64,000 nucleotides of DNA from an uncultured Gemmatimonadota bacterium (lineage in GTDB: Bacteria; Gemmatimonadota; CAZMKB01): contig CAZZKG010000014.1 of NCBI GenBank assembly GCA_964654825.1, forward strand, positions 1,416 through 65,415. The letters are read 5' to 3'. Shown here in pieces: positions 10,086-19,343 of this stretch (the first letter of the stretch is position 1; the number at the start of each line of letters is the position of its first letter). The notes beneath the pieces were generated by a model that was not told the origin of the DNA, made no database searches, and was given only the letters and a program-made list of their open reading frames with translations. The translations under genes were made by a program, and so were the position numbers.

Positions 10086-10298
10086 CTCCTCTCGTAGTGA
10101 TTAATAACCTGTAAGGAATCGGGCGGACAAAAAATACTCCCTCATCACCTCCTTTCGGTAAGGCACAATAACGCGCGGTTTTGTAAGATTTGGGAAAGAT
10201 TTCGTGATATGTCTAGCCCTCACTGATTATGACAAAGATATGATTACACTACCCCCTCTTTGTCTTCTAAGAAATATTACCAATTTAGAGAATTCATG

Positions 10299-11195
10299 TC
10301 AAGCATTTTTACGCGGAAGTGGTGGAAATCCATTTACCCATCCGGGGCCCGGTTCGAACCGGCAGACAGAATGGGATTCATTCCACCCGGGCGTGGAATA
10401 TTTATTTTGGACGAGTTCCTCGCACCGAGCACATTCGTCATCTGATAGAGGACCGGCTGTTATTTCGACTGCTAAAATCCTCCTGAAACCGGAAACAAGA
10501 GCATCACTCACCTCCCGGTATCGCACCTCACGTCCCAGAGCTTCGGAAAGGGTCACCGATCGCGCGGCGAGCTCTTCGCCCAGTCGCTTTTTTTCGGTCT
10601 CTGAGAGGAGCGGAACGAATTCGTGAGGACCCGAAGGCGGTGTAACCAGAGGCAGAGACCCATGCTGCAGCAGGTGGTTCCCGATCACTCTCTGGGCACT
10701 TCCCACGATCTTTCTTCCCGCGCAACTCACCTCGAACCTCGAAGTGCTGGTGAAACACGGTTTCACCCCAACTCTCTTCCTCCCGGCAGCGGGGCCCGGG
10801 AGAAGGGGGCGTTCGTACTCAGCTTCGGCACCAAGAGAATGCAGGCCTTCCACCAGAGCCAGGCTGATGACGCGATAGGCATCTGTAATCGTCCCGCCGG
10901 GAGCGATTTCTTCGACCGCCGCGGTGACCGAGTAGGTGAGATCCCAGCCGTGGAGTACCACCCTCCCGCCGGTCAGACGCCTGACACGGCTTATCCCCTC
11001 GTTATTGCATCTTAGAGGATCGATCTGCTGTTCCATCTTCTGAAAGTACCCGATCGAGAAGGACGGCGGATCCCAGCAGTATGTCCTGATAGTGGGCGGT
11101 GAAGTCCCGGCTATCACTCCCTGGAATAGTGATTCATCGACCGCCATGTTGAATGCGGCATCTCCTGTACCTGTGTCGAGGAATCTCCAGGTCAT
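10299..11195 (-). CDS. lplA: Lipoate-protein ligase / octanoyltransferase (LplA/LipM family, BPL_LplA_LipB catalytic domain)
   Basis: FNMAVDESLF, RRLTGGRVVLHG and KIVGSAQR motifs. The track ORF starts at 11258, but that N-terminus overlaps gcvPB. The internal Met (MTWRFLDTG) at ~11195 lies 8 nt after the gcvPB stop. Confidence 0.75.
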   Translation of the reverse strand: MTWRFLDTGTGDAAFNMAVDESLFQGVIAGTSPPTIRTYCWDPPSFSIGYFQKMEQQIDPLRCNNEGISRVRRLTGGRVVLHGWDLTYSVTAAVEEIAPGGTITDAYRVISLALVEGLHSLGAEAEYERPLLPGPAAGRKRVGVKPCFTSTSRFEVSCAGRKIVGSAQRVIGNHLLQHGSLPLVTPPSGPHEFVPLLSETEKKRLGEELAARSVTLSEALGREVRYREVSDALVSGFRRILAVEITAGPLSDDECARCEELVQNKYSTPGWNESHSVCRFEPGPGWVNGFPPLPRKNA

Positions 11196-11202
11196 ATCGA
11201 TA

Positions 11203-12657
11203 TCAGGTCTGCGGGCGCCAGGTGAGTACGGGTTTCCGTGCGGCCTGTACTTCGTCAAGCCTTCTCACCGGCGTCGAGTGCGGCGCTTCCTTCACCCGAT
11301 CGGGGTCACTCCGGGATTCCTCGTCGATCATGAGCATCGCCTCGATGAATCCATCGAGGCTCTCGAGGCTCTCAGTCTCGGTCGGTTCGATCATCAGGGC
11401 TTCTGGGACGATGAGTGGAAAATAGATGGTCGGAGCGTGTACTCCGAAATCCAGGAGTCTCTTGGCTATGTCCAGGGTTTTGACACCCCGCTCCTTCTGG
11501 TTGACACCGCTCAGAACACACTCGTGCATGCAGGGACCGGGATAGGGATTGTGGTAGTGTTGTTCGAGTTTCATCATGCAATAGTTTGCATTCAGGATAG
11601 AATCTTCGGCAACCTGTTTGAGACCTTCGGCGCCGAGCATTCTGATGTATGTGTAGGCCTTCACCAGAACGGTGAAATTACCGTAGTAGGAGTGGAGTTT
11701 CCCGATCGAATGAGGGACGTTGTAGTCGAATCCATATCCGCCGTTTTCGTTCTTTATCAAAGTCGGGACGGGAAGATAATCTTTTAGAAAATCCTTCACA
11801 CCCACCGGACCCGAGCCGGGCCCCCCACCGCCGTGCGGTGTCGAGAAGGTCTTGTGCAGGTTGAAGTGAAGGACGTCGAAGCCCATGTCGCCGGGTCTCA
11901 CGATGTGCAGGAGAGCATTGAGGTTTGCCCCGTCCATGTACATGATCCCCCCGGCATCGTGGACCATCTTCGTTATCTTAAGGATGTTTTTCTCGAACTT
12001 CCCGAGCGTGTTGGGGTTGGTCAGCATGAACGCGGCGACATCTTCGGAGAGGGCGTTCCCGAGCTGTTCGATATCGACCAGGCCTTCGCCGTCGGAGGGA
12101 ATAGTGACCACCTCGTAGCCGGCCAGCCGGATACTCGCGGGATTTGTCCCGTGAGCTGAATCGGGCGTGATGACCTTCCTTCTCGGATCGCCGTTTCGGG
12201 TGTGATACGCCCTGGTGATGAGAAGCCCGGTGAGCTCACCCTGAGCACCCGCAGCCGGCTGCAGGGTGATTGCATCAAACCCGGCGATTTCGGTGAGGTA
12301 TTCACCCAGTTCGTACATCAGCCTGAACGCGCCCTGGCAGAGATCGAGCGGCGTCATGGGATGCAGACTTGCATACCCCGGCAGCTTCGCAACTTCCTCG
12401 TTGACCTTGGGGTTGTACTTCATGGTACACGACCCCAGAGGATAAAAACCCCTGTCCATGTGGTGGTTCATCGTGGAGAGACGGACGAAGTGCCGCATGA
12501 CATCCTGCTCACTCACCTCGGGAAGGGGAGGGCCTTCATCTCTCGAAACACCCCGGGGCAGCAGTTCTTCGACTGGGACGTCAGGAACATCGAGGGCTGG
12601 AAGCGTGTACCCCTTCCGGCCCGATCTTGACAACTCGAAGATAAGGCTGTTTTTCAC
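11203..12657 (-). CDS. gcvPB: Glycine dehydrogenase (decarboxylating) subunit 2
   Basis: Full-length similarity to P-protein subunit 2, including the PLP-binding region around ...[17 protein letters not shown]... . Confidence 0.9.
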   Translation of the reverse strand: MKNSLIFELSRSGRKGYTLPALDVPDVPVEELLPRGVSRDEGPPLPEVSEQDVMRHFVRLSTMNHHMDRGFYPLGSCTMKYNPKVNEEVAKLPGYASLHPMTPLDLCQGAFRLMYELGEYLTEIAGFDAITLQPAAGAQGELTGLLITRAYHTRNGDPRRKVITPDSAHGTNPASIRLAGYEVVTIPSDGEGLVDIEQLGNALSEDVAAFMLTNPNTLGKFEKNILKITKMVHDAGGIMYMDGANLNALLHIVRPGDMGFDVLHFNLHKTFSTPHGGGGPGSGPVGVKDFLKDYLPVPTLIKNENGGYGFDYNVPHSIGKLHSYYGNFTVLVKAYTYIRMLGAEGLKQVAEDSILNANYCMMKLEQHYHNPYPGPCMHECVLSGVNQKERGVKTLDIAKRLLDFGVHAPTIYFPLIVPEALMIEPTETESLESLDGFIEAMLMIDEESRSDPDRVKEAPHSTPVRRLDEVQAARKPVLTWRPQT

Positions 12658-12681
12658 GTCTGACTCACTCTCCTTAATAAC

Positions 12682-13365
12682 TCAGAATTCGAGGACTTCG
12701 CCCGGAGTCATCACGGAACATCTGATCCCTGTTTCCTCTTCGAGCATCTCCTTGAACTTCAGGGGATCCTGCTCGATGACTTCCCAGGTGTTGTAGTGCA
12801 TCGGGATGACCTGCCGGGCTTTGAGCATACCTGCTGCGACGACTGCATCCTCCGGCCCCATGGTGAAGTTGTCACCGATCGGGAGCAGGGCGACATCGAT
12901 CTTTTCCATCCTTCCGATGAGTTCGAACTCGGTCACGAGGCCCGTGTCTCCTGCGTGAAACACTGTTTTGCCTTCGGCGCTGTAGATGAAGCCGCAGGGA
13001 TAGGAATACACTCCTCCTTCGTCTCCTACTTCACCTCCATGTGTGGCGAAGGTAAGCTTCACCCTCCCGAATGAGAAAACCCGCGATCCGCCGATGTGCA
13101 TGGGATGCGTTTTTACGCCTTTGGACGTGAGGTAATTCGCCAGCTCGAACGTCGTCACGACGAGTGCGCCGGTTCTCTTCGCGATGGTTACCGTGTCCCC
13201 AATGTGATCGGCATGGCCATGGGTGAGGAGTATCGCGTCCGTCTCGACAATCTCTTCCTTGATATCACTCAGAGGGTTCCCGGTGATGAATGGATCTATG
13301 ATCACCCTGTTCGAACCGATGTGACACTCGGCACAGGCATGTCCGTGAAACAGGATCTTCGCCAT
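12682..13365 (-). CDS. Metallo-beta-lactamase-fold metal-dependent hydrolase (UPF0173-like) embedded in the gcv operon
   Basis: HxHxDH motif LLTHGHADHIGD plus downstream His/Asp ligands (...THGGE..., ...HAGDTG...). It is tightly packed between gcvPA and gcvPB. Confidence 0.8.
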   Translation of the reverse strand: MAKILFHGHACAECHIGSNRVIIDPFITGNPLSDIKEEIVETDAILLTHGHADHIGDTVTIAKRTGALVVTTFELANYLTSKGVKTHPMHIGGSRVFSFGRVKLTFATHGGEVGDEGGVYSYPCGFIYSAEGKTVFHAGDTGLVTEFELIGRMEKIDVALLPIGDNFTMGPEDAVVAAGMLKARQVIPMHYNTWEVIEQDPLKFKEMLEEETGIRCSVMTPGEVLEF

Positions 13366-13374
13366 CTTCTCCCC

Positions 13375-14712
13375 CTATCCTCCAAGGGCTTCAATAAATC
13401 CGTCGATCTCTTCCCTCGTGCGCTTTTCCGTAACCGCCATCAGCATGATACCATCCAGGTCACGATCGAAGCATCCCGCATCGACTCCCGCCAGATATCC
13501 CCTGGATTTCATCTTCTCTATGATCTCACCGGGAGAGATGTGTGTCCTCACGGGGAACTCCTTGAAAAACGGTACATCCCACGGGGCCTCGTACCCCGGG
13601 AGCTCGAGTATCTTCTCTCGCATGTAACTGGCTTTTTTCAGGCAGAGGAGAGCTGCTTCCCGCAGACCTTCTTTGCCCATCACCGACATATAAACAGTTG
13701 CGGCGAGGGCGTTCAGGGCCTGATTCGTACATATGTTGGAGGTGGCTTTTTCTCTCCTGATGTGCTGTTCCCGTGTCTGCAGGGTGAGTACATACCCCCT
13801 CCTGCCGTCGGTGTCGACGGTCTCACCCACGAGCCTCCCCGGAAGCTGGCGTTTGTATTTTTCCTTACACGCGAAGAACCCGAAGCGGGGGCCGCCGAAT
13901 GAAGGGGTATTACCCAGTGCCTGTCCGTCACCTACCACGATGTCGGCACCGAAATCGCCGGGAGGTTTCAGGATACCAAGGGAGATGGGATCGACGACGG
14001 TGACGAACAACGCTCCGCAGGTCACTGCGGCCTGCCCGACCGCCCTGAGGTCTTCGATGCTCCCCACGAAGTTGGGATTCTGGATGATCACTGCTGCCGT
14101 GTCGTCACAGCACTTCTCCCTCAGTATATCCAGGTCGGTGAGCCCGCCTGACAGAGGGATTTCTTCTGTCGTCACATCCCGTCCGGTGAGATAGGTGTGC
14201 ATTACCCGGCGATAGAAGGCAAACACACCCGCCGAGACGAGGAGTTTTCGTCTGTTTTTCACAATGGAGAGCGCCATGATGGCCGCTTCGGCGAGTGCCG
14301 AACCACCGTCATAGACCGAGGCGTTGGAGACTTCCATACCTGTGAGTCCGGCTATCATGGTCTGGTATTCGAATATCGCGGTCAGCGTACCCTGGCTGAC
14401 CTCCGGCTGATACGGCGTGTATGCTGTGTAGAACTCCGGCCTGGATATGATGTGAGAAACGACACTCGGGATGAAATGGTCGTAACTGCCCGCACCCAGA
14501 AAAGATATGTACGAGTCGAGATCGCCGTTCTCCGACGCCAGCCTCTTCAGGAGAGAGACCACCTCCATTTCGGAGATCGGGGGCGGCAGGTCGAGTGGCG
14601 CACTCTGACGCAACTCGGGAGGGATGGCACCGAGGAGATCGTCGATTTTCCTGATGCCGATAACATCCCGCATCCTGCTGCGGTCTTCGGGTGTGTGGGG
14701 GAGATAGGCCAT
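13375..14712 (-). CDS. gcvPA: Glycine dehydrogenase (decarboxylating) subunit 1
   Basis: Full-length similarity to P-protein subunit 1 (...TPYQPEVSQGTLTAIFEYQTMIAGLTGMEVSNASVYDGGSA...). Confidence 0.9.
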   Translation of the reverse strand: MAYLPHTPEDRSRMRDVIGIRKIDDLLGAIPPELRQSAPLDLPPPISEMEVVSLLKRLASENGDLDSYISFLGAGSYDHFIPSVVSHIISRPEFYTAYTPYQPEVSQGTLTAIFEYQTMIAGLTGMEVSNASVYDGGSALAEAAIMALSIVKNRRKLLVSAGVFAFYRRVMHTYLTGRDVTTEEIPLSGGLTDLDILREKCCDDTAAVIIQNPNFVGSIEDLRAVGQAAVTCGALFVTVVDPISLGILKPPGDFGADIVVGDGQALGNTPSFGGPRFGFFACKEKYKRQLPGRLVGETVDTDGRRGYVLTLQTREQHIRREKATSNICTNQALNALAATVYMSVMGKEGLREAALLCLKKASYMREKILELPGYEAPWDVPFFKEFPVRTHISPGEIIEKMKSRGYLAGVDAGCFDRDLDGIMLMAVTEKRTREEIDGFIEALGG

Positions 14713-14725
14713 GGATCCCGCTCTC

Positions 14726-15103
14726 TCAGGAAATCAGTGCCTTGTAATCCTCGGGACCCAGGAGCACAGTCAGCTCCTCCTCGGCAGAGAACCGGACCTT
14801 GATAATCCAACCCTCGCCGTACGGGTCCTTGTTCATCACTTCGGGGGTTTCCTCGATGACGCTGTTCACCTCGACAACCTCACCGCTCACGGGAGAGTAG
14901 AGGTCAGCAACCGTCTTGACGGCCTCGATGGTTCCGAAAGACTCCATCTGCCTGACCTCGGTACCGACATCGGGAAGTTCTACAAAAACGATGTCGCCGA
15001 GCTCGCCCTGTGCGTAATCGGTAATGCCGATCGTGGCGATGGAATCATCGATTCCCACCCACTCGTGTTCCTTCGTATACCTCAGGTTTTCAGGAACGCT
15101 CAT
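14726..15103 (-). CDS. gcvH: Glycine cleavage system H protein (lipoyl carrier)
   Basis: 125 aa, lipoyl-lysine motif ...FGTIEAVKTVADLYSPVSGEV..., typical H-protein length. Confidence 0.9.
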   Translation of the reverse strand: MSVPENLRYTKEHEWVGIDDSIATIGITDYAQGELGDIVFVELPDVGTEVRQMESFGTIEAVKTVADLYSPVSGEVVEVNSVIEETPEVMNKDPYGEGWIIKVRFSAEEELTVLLGPEDYKALIS

Positions 15104-15255
15104 AACTCCTCCGGTACATTCAACAAAAAGCGCGAAAAAACGGGAGCTCGCACTCCGGTTTTTGCTGCGAAGTAATCTTTTTCACGATCTCGATTTGAGA
15201 ACTCTAACTTATCACCCGCCACGGATAATGTCAAGAAACCATAAATAGATAAAGA

Positions 15256-15337
15256 GGGACAGTCACCATTTAAAAACAGGGACAGTCATCATTTTTTGAA
15301 CAAAATAAATAACGGTGATAAAAATGGTGACTGTCCC
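15256..15337. promoter_or_regulatory. Triple 14-16 nt element GGGACAGTCAYCATTT (two direct copies plus one inverted copy). It forms alternative 14-bp hairpins. On the minus strand it works as the terminator after the DHS-like gene, and it may also be an operator upstream of the gcv operon.
   Basis: Copies at ~15256-15271 and ~15279-15295. The inverted copy at ~15322-15337 is perfectly complementary to copy 1. On the minus strand the hairpin is followed by UGUUUUUAAAU. Confidence 0.5.
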
Positions 15338-16314
15338 TATTTCTTTGGAAGTCTGGCCTTGATGAGACCGCCCAGAAGCGGAATCATGATCTCGTGGTGT
15401 CCCCGGAAGGAATATCCGGTGCCCCCGACCTGGGCCGGTCTCCTGACCACGTTGGTGGTCGGCCGGTACTGGGAAAACATATCGAAGTCAGCGGTGGTGA
15501 AACTTCCGAGACCGCCTACGTTCTGAGCGAGAGAGAGGGCTTTCAGAAAGACCTCGGGCATCAGCACTGCCGAACCCACGTTTAGAACGACCCCGCCGGT
15601 GATGTTGCGCACCACCTCGGCAAAGATGAGAAAATCCCTGTAGGTGGCGGCCCCGGTCGCCGCCCCGCTACAGTCGGGGTGCTGGTGGATTATATCGGTT
15701 CCCAGGGCGACATGGACCGTGACGGGGATTCCCAGTTCGTACCCGCGGGCAAGGACGCTCACGATGGTATTGGGTGCCCGCTGTTCGACGAGGTACTTCC
15801 CGAGCGACTCGCCGAATCCGAATTCCCCATCCGCCGCCGCAGCCGCGCACTCGTTCATCAACTTCCCGGTCTCCTCCACCATGCCGAAGGACCCGTCCAG
15901 AATATTCTCCTGTACGTCCTCGGAAGTTTCACCGAAAAGGGCGATTTCGAAATCGTGTATCGCGGCTGCTCCACCCATCGCTACCGCCCTCACGACTCCA
16001 AGCTCGATGAGGTCGATGAGCACGGGAGCGCAGCCCGTTTTAATCACGTGGCCGCCCATCATAAAAACGACATTTTTTCCCCCGGCAGCAGCTTTTACCG
16101 TCGCATCGACCAGTTTCACCAGATTACTCGCGGCGAGGATGTCGGGGAGAGAGTCCAGATAAGCTGTGAGCGCTCCCACACCTTCGTCTTCGAGAGGAGA
16201 AGCGAAATCACTCGCTCTGACCAGGTTCTTCCTCTGATTGAAAGGGTACGTCTTGATTTTCTTCCGATCCAGCATCCTGTGGCGGGATTTCGATTTCATG
16301 CTGTTCTCCTTCAA
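15337..16314 (-). CDS. Deoxyhypusine synthase-like (DHS family) protein; start uncertain because it overlaps the upstream DUF3108-like ORF
   Basis: Blocks align with eukaryotic DHS. [37 protein letters not shown] matches [46 protein letters not shown] matches [27 protein letters not shown] matches GMIILGGGVVKHHI. Confidence 0.55.
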   Translation of the reverse strand: [325 protein letters not shown]

Positions 16315-17176
16315 TCTCGACAGATTCGATCGTGTCCTTCAGAGTATCATACAGATGACATCCGCTCCTGCTATCTTCTCTCGCTACGGGGGGCAGCTCG
16401 AGGTCCGGCGCTGTTCCCTCTTCATATTTTTCCAGCTTGGCGCTCACCGATCCGATGATTATGGATGTTTTCACCTGCACCGGTATCTTCTTCTCATCAG
16501 CGGTCAGCCAGATCCAGATCTTACCCCGTGACTTGAAGATGCCAACGTCTTTGATATCCGGTTCCACGACAAAACAGGTAAATTTGCCGGCAGGTACTTT
16601 CACCCGCTCTCTCCTCGTTACCTTCACCTCCAGCGGATAGTTCTTCTTGTTGTCGTGGTGCGGTATCGCGATCTTCCTGCCCACATGAAGTTCCTGGTTT
16701 CTGAGGTAGTAGAGGGACGATAGCACATCCTGCGTGTCGGCAGCGGTTTCGAGTGTGTCACCATCCGGATAGTAAGCGAGTGCCAGCTCCGGATCGAAAT
16801 CAACCATGAAATCTTTTTTATATTTTCCCTCCCTGAGATGCTTCACCAGGCGCATGCTTGCGAGATCGAAGATGTTGATGTAGGAGTCGACCTGATCATC
16901 GACCCGAAAAAAGGTCGAGAAGGTGGGGGTGGTCATGGCCTTCGACTGGATGTGGTAGCACGGTATTCCTCGGACGGTATCGATCCCGACGACTGACATG
17001 TAAGCTTTGGCCGCGGTGATAAAACCGTATTCGACACTGTAGGTAAATTTTTCTCCAGGAGCATAGGGGACCTGAGGCAGATACACCGTACTGCTGTCAG
17101 GCAAGGAAGAAGCGAGGGACATCCCGGCTGCAGTCAGAACATATAAAACAGTGCTCCAGACAAGTCTCATCATCAA
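16208..17176 (-). CDS. Secreted DUF3108-like protein with an acidic C-terminal tail; translationally coupled to the upstream GT2 gene
   Basis: Signal peptide. The central region resembles the DUF3108 family. There is a 4-nt ATGA overlap with the GT2 gene at 17173-17176. The acidic tail overlaps the annotated DHS-like start by ~100 nt. Confidence 0.5.
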   Translation of the reverse strand: MMMRLVWSTVLYVLTAAGMSLASSLPDSSTVYLPQVPYAPGEKFTYSVEYGFITAAKAYMSVVGIDTVRGIPCYHIQSKAMTTPTFSTFFRVDDQVDSYINIFDLASMRLVKHLREGKYKKDFMVDFDPELALAYYPDGDTLETAADTQDVLSSLYYLRNQELHVGRKIAIPHHDNKKNYPLEVKVTRRERVKVPAGKFTCFVVEPDIKDVGIFKSRGKIWIWLTADEKKIPVQVKTSIIIGSVSAKLEKYEEGTAPDLELPPVAREDSRSGCHLYDTLKDTIESVEIEGEQHEIEIPPQDAGSEENQDVPFQSEEEPGQSE

Positions 17177-17919
17177 ATTTCGCGTTTACTCCAGTGGTTT
17201 GAAACCAGCCTGATGTGATTGGCGACCATTTCGACGGTCTTCATCCTGGTCTTACGATCCCGGATGTCATAACGCTGCCGGCATGGTACCTCGGCGATGC
17301 GATTAGACAAACCTGCAACATGGACGAGCAGCTCGGTATTCGCAGCTTTGGTCCTGAAATTGAGAAGACCATCCTCGTATTTACCCAGGAGCCTCTTCAA
17401 AACCGTCATCCGGTATGCTCTGAGCATCGAGAGATAGTCTTTTACCCCTTCGATAGCGTACAGGTTCCTGAGCAGCAGATGAAGGAGAATCGTGGTGAAC
17501 CTGACCTTGAAAGGAGCATTCACCACTTCTCCGCCTTTCGTGAATCCGGAGGCTATTACCACATCGGCGCCTTCCTCTATCGCTCTCACCATGTCCGGAA
17601 CCGTACTCGAGTCACTTGTAAAATCGGTCTCGACTGTGATAAGGATATCTCTTTCGGGAGATTTCGAATCGTCGGTGGCTATCTGGATGAGTTTTCTGAG
17701 ACAGTACCCCAGACCCATGTTTTCTCTATTCCTGACGGTTGTGAGCGGGAGCAGCTTCTCGTATGTCTTCACCATTTCCCAGGTGTTGTCCGTACTGTTA
17801 TCATCCAGGGTGACGATCTTGAAATTACCCCTGAGGCCTTCCATGACCTCTTTCAGTTTGTACAGCGTAATCCCTATGGTGGGTTCCTCATTGTAAACGG
17901 GTAAGCAGAAATATATCAC
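17173..17919 (-). CDS. GT2 glycosyltransferase (polyprenyl-phosphate sugar transferase, DPM1/GtrB-like)
   Basis: IYFCLPVYNEE...VTLDDNSTDNT... GT-A fold motifs. Confidence 0.8.
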   Translation of the reverse strand: MIYFCLPVYNEEPTIGITLYKLKEVMEGLRGNFKIVTLDDNSTDNTWEMVKTYEKLLPLTTVRNRENMGLGYCLRKLIQIATDDSKSPERDILITVETDFTSDSSTVPDMVRAIEEGADVVIASGFTKGGEVVNAPFKVRFTTILLHLLLRNLYAIEGVKDYLSMLRAYRMTVLKRLLGKYEDGLLNFRTKAANTELLVHVAGLSNRIAEVPCRQRYDIRDRKTRMKTVEMVANHIRLVSNHWSKREI

Positions 17920-17936
17920 TTTCCCTCTCCTGATTA

Positions 17937-19343
17937 TCAGTATGCGTGATCATCGCGTAAAAACTTTGCGATCGTCAACAGAATAATTTTTACGTCGAAC
18001 CAGAATGACCAGTTTTTGATGTAGAAAAGATCCATCTGCGTTCGCGTCTCTATCGGTGAATCACCTCGCAGCCCGTTCACCTGTGCCCATCCCGTGATGC
18101 CGGATTTTATCTTGTGCCGCATCATGTACCTCGGGATTCTCTTTTTGAAAGCGTCGACGAACACTTCGCGCTCGGGCCTCGGTCCGACAAAACTCATGTC
18201 ACCTTTGAACACGTTCCAGAACTGCGGGAGCTCATCCAGGCTGAATTGTCGGAGAAACTTCCCCATGGTTGTACGCCTCGGATCATTCTTCCTCGCCCAC
18301 ACCGCACCTGTTTCCCTTTCTGCATCCTCTCTCATGGACCTGAACTTGTACATTGTGAACTTGCGTCCATCATACCCGATCCTCTCCTGAATGTAGAACA
18401 CCGGTCCCGGGCTGGTGAGTTTGACGAGCAGCGCGATCAGGGCGAGAACAGGCGAGAGGACCAGGAGACCGAGGAGAGACAGGGAAATGTCGAATGCCCT
18501 CTTCGAGACCCTTCGCAACCCGTGAAGCGGACGCTCGGTGAGGTTGATGATGGGCATCCCCTCGAACTCTTCCGCACTCGCGTTGAGGGCGACGAACTGG
18601 GAAAAATCCGGTATGATCCTGATGTCGACCACCTGCTCACTCAAAAGCCATAAAATATGTTCGAGGTCCCGATCGGCATGTCTCGGGAGCGCGATGAAAA
18701 CCTGGTCGATCGTCCGTTCACCGAGCACACTCGTCAGATCCTCTATCTTCCCAAGAACCGGTATCCCCGGGAGCGGCTCTTCCCCTATCACCAGGCCATC
18801 ATCCACAAACCCTTCGAGGATGAGACCCAGGTGCGTGTGTTTTTCGATGTTGCGGGCGAACTCCAACCCTGAGTGACTCGCGCCCACAATCAGGATATAG
18901 CGTAGATTGAAACCCTTAGCCCTAAGGTACCGCAGGATGAGTTTGACACCGATCCTGAACGACGAGAGCCCGAGAACGGTTATAAACCAGAAGTAGACGA
19001 TCATGCCCCGGGACAGCGAAATCCCCCGGTAGAAGAATGTCACGATACCTGCGATGCATATTGCCAGTGTGATCCCCTGAACGATTCTCGTAACCTCCCA
19101 GGAGAGTTTCTGGGTTCTCCTGGACCGGTAGAGCCCCCGTGTCTGTAGAGTAAAGAGGCTGATGAGGATCATGAGAGTCGAGAACAGAAGATAGGACGTG
19201 ATCGGGGGAAGCCCCTTGACGAGTCTCCCGGGGAACAGGGAAAAACGTAGATGGTATGCAGCAATCCACGATCCCAGGATGATGGCGGCATCGCTTGCCA
19301 TGAGCGACACTACGAAGAGCCTGCTGTACCGTTTAAGCATCAA
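17937..19343 (-). CDS. Undecaprenyl-phosphate sugar phosphotransferase (WbaP/WcaJ/EpsL family), the initiating enzyme of polysaccharide assembly
   Basis: N-terminal TM helices plus a C-terminal bacterial sugar transferase domain (...KRAFDISLSLLGLLVLSPV...PGPVFYIQERIGYDGRKFTMYKFRSM...DELPQFWNVFKGDMSFVGPRP...). Confidence 0.85.
   Translation of the reverse strand: MMLKRYSRLFVVSLMASDAAIILGSWIAAYHLRFSLFPGRLVKGLPPITSYLLFSTLMILISLFTLQTRGLYRSRRTQKLSWEVTRIVQGITLAICIAGIVTFFYRGISLSRGMIVYFWFITVLGLSSFRIGVKLILRYLRAKGFNLRYILIVGASHSGLEFARNIEKHTHLGLILEGFVDDGLVIGEEPLPGIPVLGKIEDLTSVLGERTIDQVFIALPRHADRDLEHILWLLSEQVVDIRIIPDFSQFVALNASAEEFEGMPIINLTERPLHGLRRVSKRAFDISLSLLGLLVLSPVLALIALLVKLTSPGPVFYIQERIGYDGRKFTMYKFRSMREDAERETGAVWARKNDPRRTTMGKFLRQFSLDELPQFWNVFKGDMSFVGPRPEREVFVDAFKKRIPRYMMRHKIKSGITGWAQVNGLRGDSPIETRTQMDLFYIKNWSFWFDVKIILLTIAKFLRDDHAY

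Noticed and set aside
10330-10420. tRNA-like 'GGTTCGAACCGG' T-loop-like motif
   Set aside because: It lies inside the lplA coding sequence (encodes ...RFEPGPGW...). No acceptor/anticodon stems can be drawn, and the T-stem complementarity is imperfect.
15104-15250. Glycine riboswitch expected upstream of gcvH, and another upstream of the AGCS gene (48066-48370)
   Set aside because: Neither region contains the conserved GGAGAG...ACCGAAGGGGCAA...CUCAGGCAAAAGGAC aptamer cores on the relevant (minus) strand. Only generic hairpins/terminators are present.
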